Both the position numbers and the translations under genes were made by a program. A model generated the notes under the pieces. That model worked only from the letters and a program-made list of their open reading frames with translations, was not told the DNA's origin and did not search any database. A stretch of 63,918 nucleotides of DNA, the filler included, from Octopus bimaculoides (taxonomy: Eukaryota): the NCBI RefSeq assembly GCF_001194135.2. It is 5 parts of 5 records of this genome, joined end to end, with 100 filler letters (N's around TTAATTAATTAA, not from the genome) between each part and the next. Parts side by side here need not be neighbours in the genome. Positions count along the whole stretch, not along the records: positions 9,603 to 19,610 come from NC_068985.1; positions 19,711 to 43,456 come from NC_068992.1; 3 more parts are not named here. The stretch is one strand, 5' to 3'. This document shows, in pieces, positions 13,961 to 26,444 of the stretch. Every line of letters begins with the position of its first letter. Within the stretch, counting starts at the first letter, position 1.

Positions 13961-15232
13961 AGAACACCACCCTCTCCGAATTCATTAGACTCCCTTCATT
14001 AATTTTACAAATCTAGCCTTATTGTCAAAGTTATTTTTCCATTCTTTTTCCATTTCTCATCATTCCAGGTTTTGAACCCATCCTCATCTCATTTTTCTCG
14101 TGGTTTCTTTTGTTCCATTGCCCTAATTTTTAACATGTATAGGTCATGTACTCGGAACCTAAAGTTTGCTGGGAGACACTAAGCGTAGTGTTAAAAAAGC
14201 TGCCTAGATACTATCTTCAATGTATAGACAATTAGTAGCTCCGGCATTGGTATGCCTAGAAATAAGAGTAAAAACAACACAATAACCACAGAAACACCAC
14301 CTTAATGAGCTGACAAAGGAGACAACCTCCTTACGATTGAAGATATAGACAGAACATCGATGATTTCGTACTTTGATGCTTAACACATCTTAACGCTCTT
14401 CGGAGGCTCTCATTTCGCCTAGGGTTAAACATATCTCGCCTTGTCGGCTTATAAGATTTCTGTTGAAATCAAACGCTGATTTCATAAACGGTAAAAGTGA
14501 AAATGATAAATAATATGGGTGGCGAATTCGCAGTTTCACAACCTAACTACAGAACCACATACGTCACTAGAGTGAACAAAGGGTGCCAGAAATAAGAGTC
14601 AAACCAAATCAATAGCAGCCACAGATGCACTAATTGAGACGCTTTTGACTTTTATTTCTAGCAAATCTGATGCTATCTACTACCCTGGTTTAAAAATTTG
14701 CCTTTTGTGTTTTTTATAGCTTTCTAGCCACAGATGTTATTATCATTTATTGATAATATCCCTATTTATATGTATGTGTGTGTATGTATGTCGCTTATGT
14801 GTGTGTTTGAGTGTTTGTGTGTGTGTGTGTGTATGTGTGTGTATGTGTGTATGTGTGTGTGTGTGTGTGTTTGTATGTGTGTGTACGTATGGAAGAATGA
14901 CAGTTTCTATCAGGACTGTTGTTATTGCATACCTGGTGAATTCGCTATCTACGATGAATTTTCGCAAAATGTGAAAGTACGAGAACTGTAAAGATCAGCT
15001 ATTTATCATTTCATACACACACACATTCTCCCTCTCACTTTCTCTCTCTTTCTCCCTCTCCCTCCCTCTCTCATACACACACATGCACACACATACACAC
15101 ATAAAGACACCTCTACCTGATGTATTGAGTACCATACTTTAATTGTGGTCCCTTTCTGTTTCTTACGGATTCTCCATCTACAAATAATGCATACATACAT
15201 GCATATAGGCATAGAAACAAGCAAAGAATGAA

Positions 15233-15296
<64 letters not shown>

Positions 15297-15302
15297 TGCA
15301 GT

Positions 15303-15337
<35 letters not shown>

Positions 15338-15560
15338 CTAGATAGATAGATAGATAGATAGTAATACAGAGATAAGGTATGAATTTGTAACTGCATTGGC
15401 CCTTACCCTATCCGAGAACGCATATTTAAATTGCAGAAGCGTCATGATATGCATTAAAAAACACCAGAAATTATTGCATTCACTTTATTTTATTCTATAT
15501 AATTAATAAATAAAACGAATCAAAATCTCATTCAGAGATGAAAGTAGTAACTGTATTAAG

Positions 15561-15850
15561 AAGTAATGTTTATCGCCATATCAATATAGCTGTGACTGAT
15601 GTTTTCAACATACTGCGAGCTGGAGCGAATTCCTGCTATTTCTAGCGATCGGTTGTTCACCACGAATGATAGGTACCAGTAACCCGAAACCGTCCGGTCT
15701 CGTGATCCTGTCGTCTGCTAGAGGATGGTAGGAGTTTGCTACCCTGCTTGCAATATATACTGGGTGAAGGTTGCACCGGCAACCAGCTGGCGAGAGTTGA
15801 AACGGTAGTAATGTCGAAAAGCCATATTGATGTGGCGGTAAATATTATTT
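15561..15850. repeat. GC-rich segment bounded by 31-bp imperfect inverted repeats, with two decayed hammerhead-like motifs on +
   Basis: 15561-15591 matches the reverse complement of 15820-15850 at 26/31 positions, all mismatches being transitions. Internal GAAAC-C-GTC (15686) and GAAAC-G-GTA (15799) are present. Confidence 0.55.
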
Positions 15851-15899
15851 CTGAATAAAATAATGTTTAGTCGATAACTATAACGACGTCAAATGTTCT

Positions 15900-16600
15900 A
15901 CTTTACGTTTATTGACTCGGATGCAGATTTCTGGGCAACTGACATAGAGTTGGATTAGTAGCAAACCTGTCACTTGTCATTGGTGCGAACATGATACAAT
16001 CATGAGTATGATATATTACATGCTTATGAATCGGTGTGTACGAGAGTGTGCTGAAAAGTTCCTGGTTTCAGGGGTATCCTGAAAGGCCTGGCTGAAGGTC
16101 CAACCTTCCGAGTTCTCTTAAAGGGCTTAGAAAAACTGATGGACCGCTGCAATAAGAGTGTGAGTCCCATAGCCAAATATGCTGAATAAAATTATAATTA
16201 ACTGATCCTCCTGTATTGTCTTTTACACAAAGCCAGGAGCTATTCGGCGCCTGCTTGTATACCTTAAGGCCGAGTGAGCAAGAAATCGAGGTATGGCTAA
16301 TGTAATTAGGTGAGAGGACTGGTATTGTGGTACGGAATCGGAGAAACAGTGAAGTATTGAAGTGATATTTTTGTACAATACATATGATCGGCGAATTAAC
16401 AAGTAATTTATCAGCCGGCGTTTTGTGTTGTGTTTTAAAAAGATCTTACGTATATTTGTGTTAAGTTGTATTGTGAAGAATGGTGTTGTTTTGGTGTCAT
16501 TAATCTATCAGTGATCAGTTTCAATAAGTTCCTGTTTGTTGTGATTTTCTCAATCTTCTAGCTGTATTCAATGGACTTGTGTTACTTTTTATTCCGTAAC
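15900..16600 (-). mobile_element. Decayed Penelope-like element, GIY-YIG region, interrupted by a mariner derivative
   Basis: NTNIRKIFLKHNTK...YQSSHLITLAIPRFLAH...TPIHKH resembles the PLE IRKIFKKHNI...YIGQTxRxLxTRxxEH...SxIxKH order. Confidence 0.45.
16041..16257 (+). mobile_element. Internally deleted mariner derivative
   Basis: TA-flanked. TIRs are CGAGAGTGTGCTGAAAAGTTCCTGGTTT and AAAGCCAGGAGCTATTCGGCGCCTGCTTG. Internal KGLEKLMDRCNKSV matches the mariner C-terminal GIxKLxxRWxKC. Confidence 0.8.
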
Positions 16601-16699
16601 ATTCACAGCTATTACAAGGGAGATAACCGTTTCGTCAGAATATGAAGCATGAAACTGATATTAAGGAATTACAAGGAAATATATACATAAAACTAATAT

Positions 16700-16864
16700 T
16701 GCTTTATCGTTTATCTTTTTGCTTCAGTCATTGGATTACAGCCATGCTGGGGTACTTTCTAAAGTCTGGTCCTTATTCTGTCGGAGCCTTTTTGCCGAAC
16801 CACTAGATTACAGGAATGTAAACAAATCAACACCGTCTATGAAGTGACACTGACGGACAAATAA

Positions 16865-16901
<37 letters not shown>

Positions 16902-17075
16902 CTTATGTCTTATACATAGATGCACACGTACACGAGCGCTCACGCATACACACACTCACGCACACGCTCGCATACACACAGAGAGGTTTCAGTTTCCAGG
17001 GTTTGGTCGGCTCAAGGCTGTAATAGCAGACACAGTGGGGCTGAACCCAGAACCACGCGGTTGGGAATCGTCTCT
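16700..17075 (-). mobile_element. Family B SINE with 3' extension, split by (CA)n
   Basis: The 5' part (about 16985-17075) and the 3' extension (about 16700-16860) match the 57985-58340 copy. Confidence 0.7.
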
Positions 17076-18194
17076 AACTTTTTGTTTTGTTTTGTTTTGT
17101 TCATATAATACTAAGTTACGTCTGTAATCAAGTATAGCATTATTTCATTTTTTTGTAGAAATCTTCAGCATGACATACTCCTCAAAGAATACTGCGTTAC
17201 TTTAGTGTATCTATATTAAGAATGGATACAAAACAAATTTAACCTTGGGAGATTTACATTGAGGTATTTTGGTCGACGTTTCAATGATTTGGTTAAAAAA
17301 TTATATAAGGCATTCTACTATCTTACCTACATGTTTTGATATGAAAATGCTTATTTTGTAAGTATGGTATTGAAAGGCACAATACATTAATAAACAATGC
17401 AAGAAATTATGATAGGAAATAACTTTTTTTTATTAATGACACTATTCTTCTTAACATTATAAAATAATAATAATTATTTATGGTATATGCATATAGTAAT
17501 TATTATTATCATTATTATTATAATTAACTTACAACATTTACAGAGATGCCACTGTACAGATAGGTTTTGTATACAGATGCTTCAGTGTAGGAATGTGCAG
17601 CGTCCTTCTAAAAATTATTGCGATTCATTGGAAAAGAAAACGTCAGTAAGATTTCATGCATCAGCTTGAGTTTTCTCATCAATTCTCACATAATTCACGT
17701 GACACATCACTTCAATTCAATTCAATTCAATTCAAAGGGAACGGTCCCGGTTTTTTAGGCTTCCAAATTTGAATTTCCATGTTCTTCGTTTTGCAGAGTA
17801 ATTTCTAAGGGTTTCATAGGGAGAAGTCGATATGTTTGTGGTTAACGATTTAGAAAGAGGAGTGGTGACGTCTCTTAATGTATGGACTGATTTTGCAGTG
17901 AGCGCACACTCGTTCTCTCAGAGCCCTCAATTTCGGGTAGTTGTTCAAGAATGATGGGTTCTCTTGCAGGGGATTCTCCAAAGCTGTGTAGCACATCATA
18001 TCACTCATAGTCATCTACAATACAACAAATGGAATAGATCAATAAGATTTGTATATAATCATGCTAAACACATATTTTCGGATGCCTATCAATATCTAAA
18101 ACTATTGCAATGCTAAAAATAATTATATAAAGTACATATAGATCGTTACATCATAATGTATTTTAAATCAAATTCGCATAACAACCAATTAATG

Positions 18195-18377
18195 TTACCT
18201 AACGGTGTCATGCTGATGATCTCCCACTACTAGAAATGTATATCAACAATCATCGGGCACGTCTCAATGGAAAATATGGATTCTTGACATCGCCATAATT
18301 TTCCATTTAGCTGCGACTGATGATTGCTAATATACATTTCTAGTTCTGGGAGGTTATTAGTTTGAAACCGTAAGATA
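18195..18377. repeat. Foldback element (about 85-bp arms, 13-nt loop) with decayed hammerhead-like motifs in both arms
   Basis: Arms are 18195-18279 and 18293-18377. The right arm reads CTGATGA-ttgctaat...attagttt-GAAAC-C-GTA. The left-arm reverse complement reads CCGATGA-ttgttgat...atcagcat-GACAC-C-GTT. Confidence 0.65.
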
Positions 18378-19578
18378 AAATTATTAGGCTGTTATAAGAC
18401 TATATTTATAATATTATATAAAAAATGTATTTAGTCTATTGCCTTATACACAAGTGTTGGTTTCACTCTGCCTCATAAAAGGATATTTGCACTAGTAGAT
18501 ATTCATATAGATATATATGTGTTTGTATATGTATATATATATATATGTATATGTATATATATATATACATATATATANNNNNNNNNNNNNNNNNNNNNNN
18601 NNNNNNNNNNNNNNNNNNNNNNNNNNNNNNNNNNNNNNNNNNNNNNNNNNNNNNNNNNNNNNNNNNNNNNNNNNNNNNNNNNNNNNNNNNNNNNNNNNNN
18701 NNNNNNNNNNNNNNNNNNNNNNNNNNNNNNNNNNNNNNNNNNATATATACTTATCACTATTTGATATATGGTGTTATGTGTGTGTGAGAGGGAGAGAGAG
18801 ACAGACAGAGACAGAGACAGAGAGCTTATTTATAGTTGTAGAAATAAAACAAGATTTCTCTTTAGGCATGCATTATAATGAAATTTGTCAGTAAAATATT
18901 TTTTAAATAAAGGACGTCAATAATTTTGTCGCTTAAGTATTTTATATTTTATTTAAGTTGCACAAGAACCTTTTCCAATAACGATATATTCCAAGTGTAC
19001 TTCAAATGCATCTAAGAATTTTTTCTTTAGCGTACATGTAAGTATTTTAAATGGTTGTATGCACGTTTGCTATTCGTCCAGTCTGAACATATTCGACTTT
19101 CTATACAAATAACTAGTTTCTATAAATGTAGAATATAGAAGACTATCAGAATCCAAGGATCCAGGCAGTTTACTGCATTTGCAAAACTTGTATTATTTGA
19201 ACAAGAGACAGAAAGAATACAGTAAAATTGTTATGGGTAGTGGAATATCTTATGATTCGAACAAACACCTTCTTCGGGGTAAAAATGACAATGACAAGAA
19301 GGAAATAAAAATAACTCTTCAGGATTTTACATTATGCTTGAGAAACTAGCAGCAGATAGAGTGTGTATAACACGGCTTTATTTTATTTCGCTTCTGTCAC
19401 CCTTGACTGATTATAGAGTAATTATTGTATCTTTGCCGCTTTTGTTATTATAGATGGAGCAATGTTTGAGAGAGATGTTCAGGTTTTAAAAACATTTTTC
19501 CTTCATATATAAAAAGATGATTATACATGCATCATATAGAATATACAGATATCAGAAACACACACACACACACACATA

Positions 19579-19610
<32 letters not shown>

Positions 19611-19757
19611 NNNNNNNNNNNNNNNNNNNNNNNNNNNNNNNNNNNNNNNNNNNNTTAATTAATTAANNNNNNNNNNNNNNNNNNNNNNNNNNNNNNNNNN
19701 NNNNNNNNNNTTGTGAATTTTTCATCCATTACAAGATGGCTGGCAATCTTTCTATCC

Positions 19758-19805
<48 letters not shown>

Positions 19806-19810
19806 GTCTG

Positions 19811-19859
<49 letters not shown>

Positions 19860-20014
19860 TGATCTATTTATCTATTGACCTATCTGTCTGTCTATCTATC
19901 TAACTATCAATCTTTTTACCTATCTACCTTTCTCTCTTTTTGTCTCTCTCTCCCTCTCCATCTCTCTCTCTCAACACACACATACACACACACAAACATA
20001 CACACATATAGGTG

Positions 20015-20180
20015 CACGAGTGGCTGTGTGATAGAAGATTGCTTCCCAACCACAAGGTTCCGGGTTCAGTCCCACTGCGTGGTACCTTGAGTAAATGTCT
20101 TCTACTATAGCCTCGGGCCGACCAGAGCCTTGTGAGTGGATTTGGTAGACGGAAACTAAAAGAAGCCTGTCGTATATATA
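20015..20180 (+). mobile_element. Family B SINE
   Basis: GGTTCCGGGTTCAGTCCCACTGCGTGGTACCTTGAGTAAATGTCTTCTACTATAGCCTCGGGCCGACC, with a (TA)n tail. Confidence 0.85.
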
Positions 20181-21487
20181 TACATGTATATANNNNNNNN
20201 NNNNNNNNNNNNNNNNNNNNNNNNNNNNNNNNNNNNNNNNNNNNNNNNNNNNNGTATATATATATGTGTACGTATGTGTGTACGTATGTGTGTATCTACA
20301 GTTGTATACCTTATATAGTTTTACAAGCTGATATTTGAGAGTTATTTCGAAGTTTTATGAATCCTCTTGAGAATGGCCAGAAGGCCAGTAAGCTGAAATT
20401 TCGAAGTCACTGTCAACCCTTTCCACATAAAATTTTAATAAATATATGCCCCACCAAAAAGCAGTGAGTAATCATTCAGTTTAATGAAAATTTTACTTCA
20501 TTCAATATACTGCTTTTCGAATGATCGGAAATATAAGCAGATGTCCTATTTAAAGAACTTCATTGTTATATGTTAATATGTACTAAGCATTTTGGGAGAT
20601 GTTATTTGATAATTTATAAGAAAGATAGAATGGACCTAAAAGAAATGGCGGAGACACATATGATGTCTAGTCGCCGAAGAGATCACAGGATGTGTAACGA
20701 AAGATTTCCCGAGAACAATAATAAATCTGAAATGAAAAACGAATATGTAGTGCATGTGTTTATTTGGCAAAAAATTGACCGTCCCGAAATATAACAATAT
20801 TCTCTTATAATATCTTTTCAAAATTGTTCTTTGTAAGAAGTTCTTAAGTACAATCTATCTGCAGGGTTCGCTCCCTTGATCGGAAGTGCTATCAATTGTT
20901 ATTGCACATTATCACAATCTCTCGTACTTCAACTTTGTTGTACAAAGATTCTTAGTGCACAGTGGATTCGGTGGTTGTCGCTGCCGCCGCCGCCGCTGTT
21001 GTTATATCGATTGTATTGTGCCTTTGAAGATGTGTGCTTCGGTTTGTAAAATCAAAAATCCTGTCACAAGTTTTTTGTTCCCTGTGATTAATATGTAGTA
21101 TTTTGGTACCAAAGTTTCTGTTATCACTATATTATTTCCAATATAGATACTTCAAAGCATCGTCACATTTATAAATCTAGAGAAAATGACTTTAGATACT
21201 AGAAAATAACTGAAGAAATGTAAGTCGGGAAGCAGCCATTTTGGAATTGATGAATTCACCATTCGTATGTGACGTGAACAAAAGATAAAATGAGACACCG
21301 CACTGATAAATAGAAAAACATTTAAAATAGAAATATAACAAAATCGAGAGAGTACTGTTGTACAATGTATAATGAAGAGAACTCGTTGTTGAAGCTTTAA
21401 AACTGAAGCAACGTTTAATTCGTAATTCTCAAAGGCTTAAGACGCAATTGAGACAACAACTTTTTAATCGACATTTACGACTGATAA

Positions 21488-21537
21488 TCTTTAGTCATAA
21501 GTAGCTGACCACATCGTCAGCTGCTTATGACTAAAGA
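21488..21537. other. Near-perfect 22-bp hairpin with a 6-nt loop
   Basis: TCTTTAGTCATAAGTAGCTGAC-cacatc-GTCAGCTGCTTATGACTAAAGA. The only non-Watson-Crick pair is a U.G wobble on +. Confidence 0.9.
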
Positions 21538-21919
21538 CTAAGAAGACTATGAAAAGTAGATCTTATCCATTTTCAACGACTTAACAGTTGTTAGTAAATG
21601 AAAATCTTTTGTTAATTCTATTCATTCGATCAAATTAATCCTTTTACTGAGAAAAACAAATATATACGCTCAATATTTCATTAGCCTTTACTGCAGAAAG
21701 CTGTTTTATATACCAGTCTATCTTTTGTCGAGGAATGTCGTGTTTGAAATAATTTTCTGTTGAGATATGTAAAGCTTACTGAGGCTACGTGACTCGCAAA
21801 AAATACCACTTGTAATTTATTGTAGATATTTAATATAATTACTTGAATAATCATGAAATTTAACTTCACAATTAATGGGTTAAGAATGCTGAGCAAATGC
21901 TAAATTATATTCTAATGCC

Positions 21920-22050
21920 AGTTTACTGGCAGTCCGTAGTTTACGACAACGAATGTTCCAGTTCATATTAATACTGTAAAAACGCATTTGATTTTACAGG
22001 TGGAATGAAAAGCAGGGCTGTGTAGTAAAGCATGCTAAAACCACTAATGG
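21920..22050 (-). mobile_element. Partial family C SINE
   Basis: GTTTACGACAACGAATGTTCCAGTT and GCTAAAACCACTAA match the 8370-8762 copy. Confidence 0.55.
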
Positions 22051-23404
22051 TGGTAAACTACCTCCTTAGGTCATGTTCAGAAGTGAAGCACTACGAAAAT
22101 GAGCCAAATGTACCAGTAATGCTACTGTTTGTGTTAATGACAAATGACTGGATTTGCAATAATATGGCTGAATTGTAAATATATTTGGGTTTGACATCGC
22201 CTTGATAATGCTCTATGAAAACCAAAATCAACTCAAAATGAATTCTTTTCGAGACCATTTTCCAGATAAAGTAGAAACGTGATCTGCAAAAGTTATACAA
22301 AACCTGTTATCATTTTTAAGGGGTTAACAAGCATTTAAAGGCCACTGGACATCTACAGAAAATAACCTTTTGAACGAGAGCTTCTACGGTCACTGGCAAC
22401 AGTGTCTTCTGCTATCCCATTCTCCCGTCGGCACAACCACCACTTCACAGACAAAACGAGGTCACCGCCCTTACGCCAATCAACATGACAAGATTTACGT
22501 AAACTTGCAGTTCTCTAAGCTGTTCACTTCTTACAATAAGCCTTTGTGCCTGAAATATATAATAGTTTCTTAACTTGCCCTTTTCGCATTGTTAGAAGCT
22601 TCTAGTCCTCACTTTTCTTATTTTATTTCTGTATCAATTCTTGAGCATTTTATTTTGATGACCGAAGTAACTGGTGGTAATTTGTTTATTTGTCTTATAT
22701 ACACACGTTGTTGATAACGATGAGGAAATATGAAAACAGTCAAGATTAATTAAAGCACATATAGGGCAGAAAGAGTTCATACAGTTTAACGATTGATGGT
22801 GCATCGCCAGGTTCACAGCGTTATATAGCTGGCGGTGCTGAATAACAGCTACAATGTAAGGCTGCGAAACTGGCAATACACCATCAATAGTTAGGATGTA
22901 TGCATTTTTTCTAACACACTCACTCACATACACACGAACACACACCCACGCACGCGCAAACACACAAGTATACACGTACGCGCAATTGAACACACAGACA
23001 CCCCCCCACACACACACACACACGCACGAGCACTCATACATGCACAGACAACGCGCATATATGAATATAATGGATATGAGCAACGAAAAGCAATTCAAAA
23101 TGGCCAGTGTTATGCGTTTGTATGACAAAGACGAATATGTGTGTTACATAACATACAAGGTAAATTCTTATATAATCACACAGAAACACAGACATACATT
23201 CGTATATTTATAAAGAAAAAGACAGAGTAGGATAAAAAGGGATTCGGTGAATTATGTGGCGTTCATAATAAGCTGTATGTTCGAATTCGGCTATCAGTTT
23301 ACATAGTAATCAATTACCTTGTAGAGTTATGTAATATGTTTGTATAATTGAAAATCTTGGGAATTAGAACCATAATTTTTCCGAACAAGTAGATAGCAAA
23401 CACA

Positions 23405-23442
<38 letters not shown>

Positions 23443-24427
23443 ATACACACACGCACGCACAGACACACACATTAGGATAGATAGATAGATACATTTCTTT
23501 TATTAGCCACACAGGGCTCAACGAAGATGGGACAAATACAATGTAGAGCTTTTCTTTNNNNNNNNNNNNNNNNNNNNNNNNNNNNNNNNNNNNNNNNNNN
23601 NNNNNNNNNNNNNNNNNNNNNNNNNNNNNNNNNNNNNNNNNNNNNNNNNNNNNNNNNNNNNNNNNNNNNNNNNNNNNNNNNNNNNNNNNNNNNNNNNNNN
23701 NNNNNNNNNNNNNNNNNNNNNNNNNNNNNNNNNNNNNNNNNNNNNNNNNNNNNNNNNNNNNNNNNNNNNNNNNNNNNNNNNNNNNNNNNNNNNNNNNNNN
23801 NNNNNNNNNNNNNNNNNNNNNNNNNNNNNNNNNNNNNNNNNNNNNNNNNNNNNNNNNNNNNNNNNNNNNNNNNNNNNNNNNNNNNNNNNNNNNNNNNNNN
23901 NNNNNNNNNNNNNNNNNNNNNNNNNNNNNNNNNNNNNNNNNNNNNNNNNNNNNNNNNNNNNNNNNNNNNNNNNNNNNNNNNNNNNNNNNNNNNNNNNNNN
24001 NNNNNNNNNNNNNNNNNNNNNNNNNNNNNNNNNNNNNNNNNNNNNNNNNNNNNNNNNNNNNNNNNNNNNNNNNNNNNNNNNNNNNNNNNNNNNNNNNNNN
24101 NNNNNNNNNNNNNNNNNNNNNNNNNNNNNNNNNNNNNNNNNNNNNNNNNNNNNNNNNNNNNNNNNNNNNNNNNNNNNNNNNNNNNNNNNNNNNNNNNNNN
24201 NNNNNNNNNNNNNNNNNNNNNNNNNNNNNNNNNNNNNNNNNNNNNNNNNNNNNNNNNNNNNNNNNNNNNNNNNNNNNNNNNNNNNNNNNNNNNNNNNNNN
24301 NNNNNNNNNNNNNNNNNNNNNNNNNNNNNNNNNNNNNNNNNNNNNNNNNNNTATATATATATACATATATGTACGTATATCTATATGTGTGTATGTATAT
24401 ATATAACAACAGCTGCATGCGTTAACC

Positions 24428-24512
24428 TACTACAGCAGTTTCCAACGTGTTTTTAATCTTCAGTTGATTAATAGAAACATTACATCATTAGAAAACCGTT
24501 TTCATCAGGTGA
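24428..24512 (-). ncRNA. Type I hammerhead ribozyme-like motif (left arm, minus polarity)
   Basis: The reverse complement reads CAC-CTGATGA-AAACGG...CACGTTG-GAAAC-TGCT-GTA-GTAGG. Confidence 0.5.
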
Positions 24513-24802
24513 ATACATGAATCACAACATTAAAAAAAACACTTGAAGCCCAACAGCTTGTACCACTTTATGTTTCTATGACCATTGCCATTCATACGAA
24601 TATGATTCTCTGCTTCTATGACCGGCAACGCTCGTGGTTCTATCGCTGGCAATGGTCATAGAATCATAGAGTGGTACAAGCTGTTGGCTTCCAAGTGTTT
24701 TCGAATGTTGTGATTCATATATTCATCTGATGAAAACGTTTTTTTCTAATGCTGTAATGGCTCCATTAATCAATTAAAAACTCGTTGGAAACAGCTGTAG
24801 TG
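24428..24802. mobile_element. Foldback element (about 160-bp arms, 56-bp spacer) with a hammerhead-like motif in each arm
   Basis: Arms 24428-24590 and 24647-24802 are inverted copies. Confidence 0.85.
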
Positions 24803-24804
24803 CA
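24722..24804 (+). ncRNA. Type I hammerhead ribozyme-like motif (right arm)
   Basis: CTGATGA at 24727-33. Stem II is AACG/CGTT with an inner TAATGG/CCATTA hairpin. GAAAC-AGCT-GTA lies at 24788-99 (palindromic stem III). Stem I is CAT/GTG. The 10.1:11.1 position is a non-canonical A/G. Confidence 0.55.
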
Positions 24805-25104
24805 CTGACATGCCATCCATAAATCAATATTTATTTATTTATCATTCGACTCACTCGGGACCTGCTCCTTGCGTAGATCCGAAATATATTATAGACCGTA
24901 CGTTTAGTACAATGTGCGTTCCCACCTTAGCCTCGGGGCTCATGATATAAGTCAGTCGGGTCCAGTTAATTGTATACGTAACGTGAATATCTCTCTGCCT
25001 GTACTTCGGTATCCGCCTATGTATTCTTCTATTCATGTTGTGTACACACTTTTTCGACCCGACCTGGGGCTTTACCATTTCAGTGCCTGATTGAGTCGAA
25101 TCCT

Positions 25105-25147
<43 letters not shown>

Positions 25148-25453
25148 NNNNNNNNNNNNNNNNNNNNNNNNNNNNNNNNNNNNNNNNNNNNNNNNNNNNN
25201 NNNNNNNNNNNNNNNNNNNNNNNNNNNNNNNNNNNNNNNNNNNNNNNNNNNNNNNNNNNNNNNNNNNNNNNNNNNNNNNNNNNNNNNNNNNNNNNNNNNN
25301 NNNNNNNNNNNNNNNNNNNNNNNNNNNNNNNNNNNNNNNNNNNNNNNNNNNNNNNNNNNNNNNNNNNNNNNNNNNNNNNNNNNNNNNNNNNNNNNNNNNN
25401 NNNNNNNNNNNNNNNNNNNNNNNNNNNNNNNNNNNNNNNNNNNNNNNNNNNNN

Positions 25454-25502
<49 letters not shown>

Positions 25503-25512
25503 TACATATATA

Positions 25513-25548
<36 letters not shown>

Positions 25549-25899
25549 GGTAGGTATATAGGTCGGTCGGTCGGTAGGTAGGTAGGTATATGTATGTGCA
25601 TATGTGTAATTATAGTTATGTATGCGTATATATGTATATATGCATATATATTCATAGGTATATACGCATCCACATACAAACGCATGCTCAGGTACTCACA
25701 TATGAAAACAGGCATCAGTTTGTATTGAAAGCTGAGTGTGCAATTAATATCAGTTATATAGCCATTGTTATTAATGAATGCGATGGATGGGTGTATATAA
25801 ATTGAAGAGAATGCATTAATGATAATATAGAAAACGGATAGGGAAACCCTAGTATAGATAACAATGATAAATAGCAATGCATCGGTTATTATTATATTG

Positions 25900-25909
25900 A
25901 CGACGACGT

Positions 25910-25944
<35 letters not shown>

Positions 25945-25945
25945 C

Positions 25946-26010
<65 letters not shown>

Positions 26011-26075
26011 CTGATGATGATGATGATGATGATGACGATGATGATGATGATGATGATGACGATGACGATGATAAC
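25900..26075. repeat. (GAT)n microsatellite with GAC/GCT interruptions
   Basis: Read directly. Confidence 0.95.
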
Positions 26076-26149
26076 TGACAACTGTAATTGAATGCTTGAA
26101 TTTGTCTTTTAATACCTTCCAGTAGGCTCCGGCAAGCTGTAATTCACGA

Positions 26150-26300
26150 ACTGTATTTTAACCAATCGTCACGCGGCTCATATGACGCCCTTTGGTGAGC
26201 GCGCCACCAACATTCTTGATATCGTTAGCGATCTATTCATAACAAGTTTTAAAGCAATCAGCGTGCGGCTGAGTGAGCGTGGCCACACAGTGGGTATTGA
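26150..26300 (+). promoter_or_regulatory. Putative Pol II promoter
   Basis: NF-Y-type AACCAATCG at about 26160, TGACG half-CRE sites (CGTCAC, ATGACGCC), local CpG/GC enrichment in an AT-rich background, and no recognisable repeat. Confidence 0.4.
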
Positions 26301-26409
26301 CAGCATTTGATATCATGAAGAATTACGGACTTTCTGTTTGTCACACGTTTGTTTTTACATTTAGTGTGTGTCATTTCGTTTGTTAAAATTTTTTTTCATT
26401 TATCAAGTA

Positions 26410-26444
26410 ATGGAAAGCAACACACACCGAATTTGTATTAACAA
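26410..26444 (+). CDS. Candidate first coding exon (MESNTHRICIN, phase-2 donor), product unknown
   Basis: GTA-ATG-G start context, open frame to AA|GTAAGT consensus donor at 26445, directly downstream of the putative promoter. It could instead be a uORF in a non-coding first exon. Confidence 0.35.

Noticed and set aside
25864-26091. Poly-M, poly-I, poly-N, poly-S and (HT)n, (YI)n ORFs across the window
   Set aside because: They are translations of microsatellites and have no domain support.
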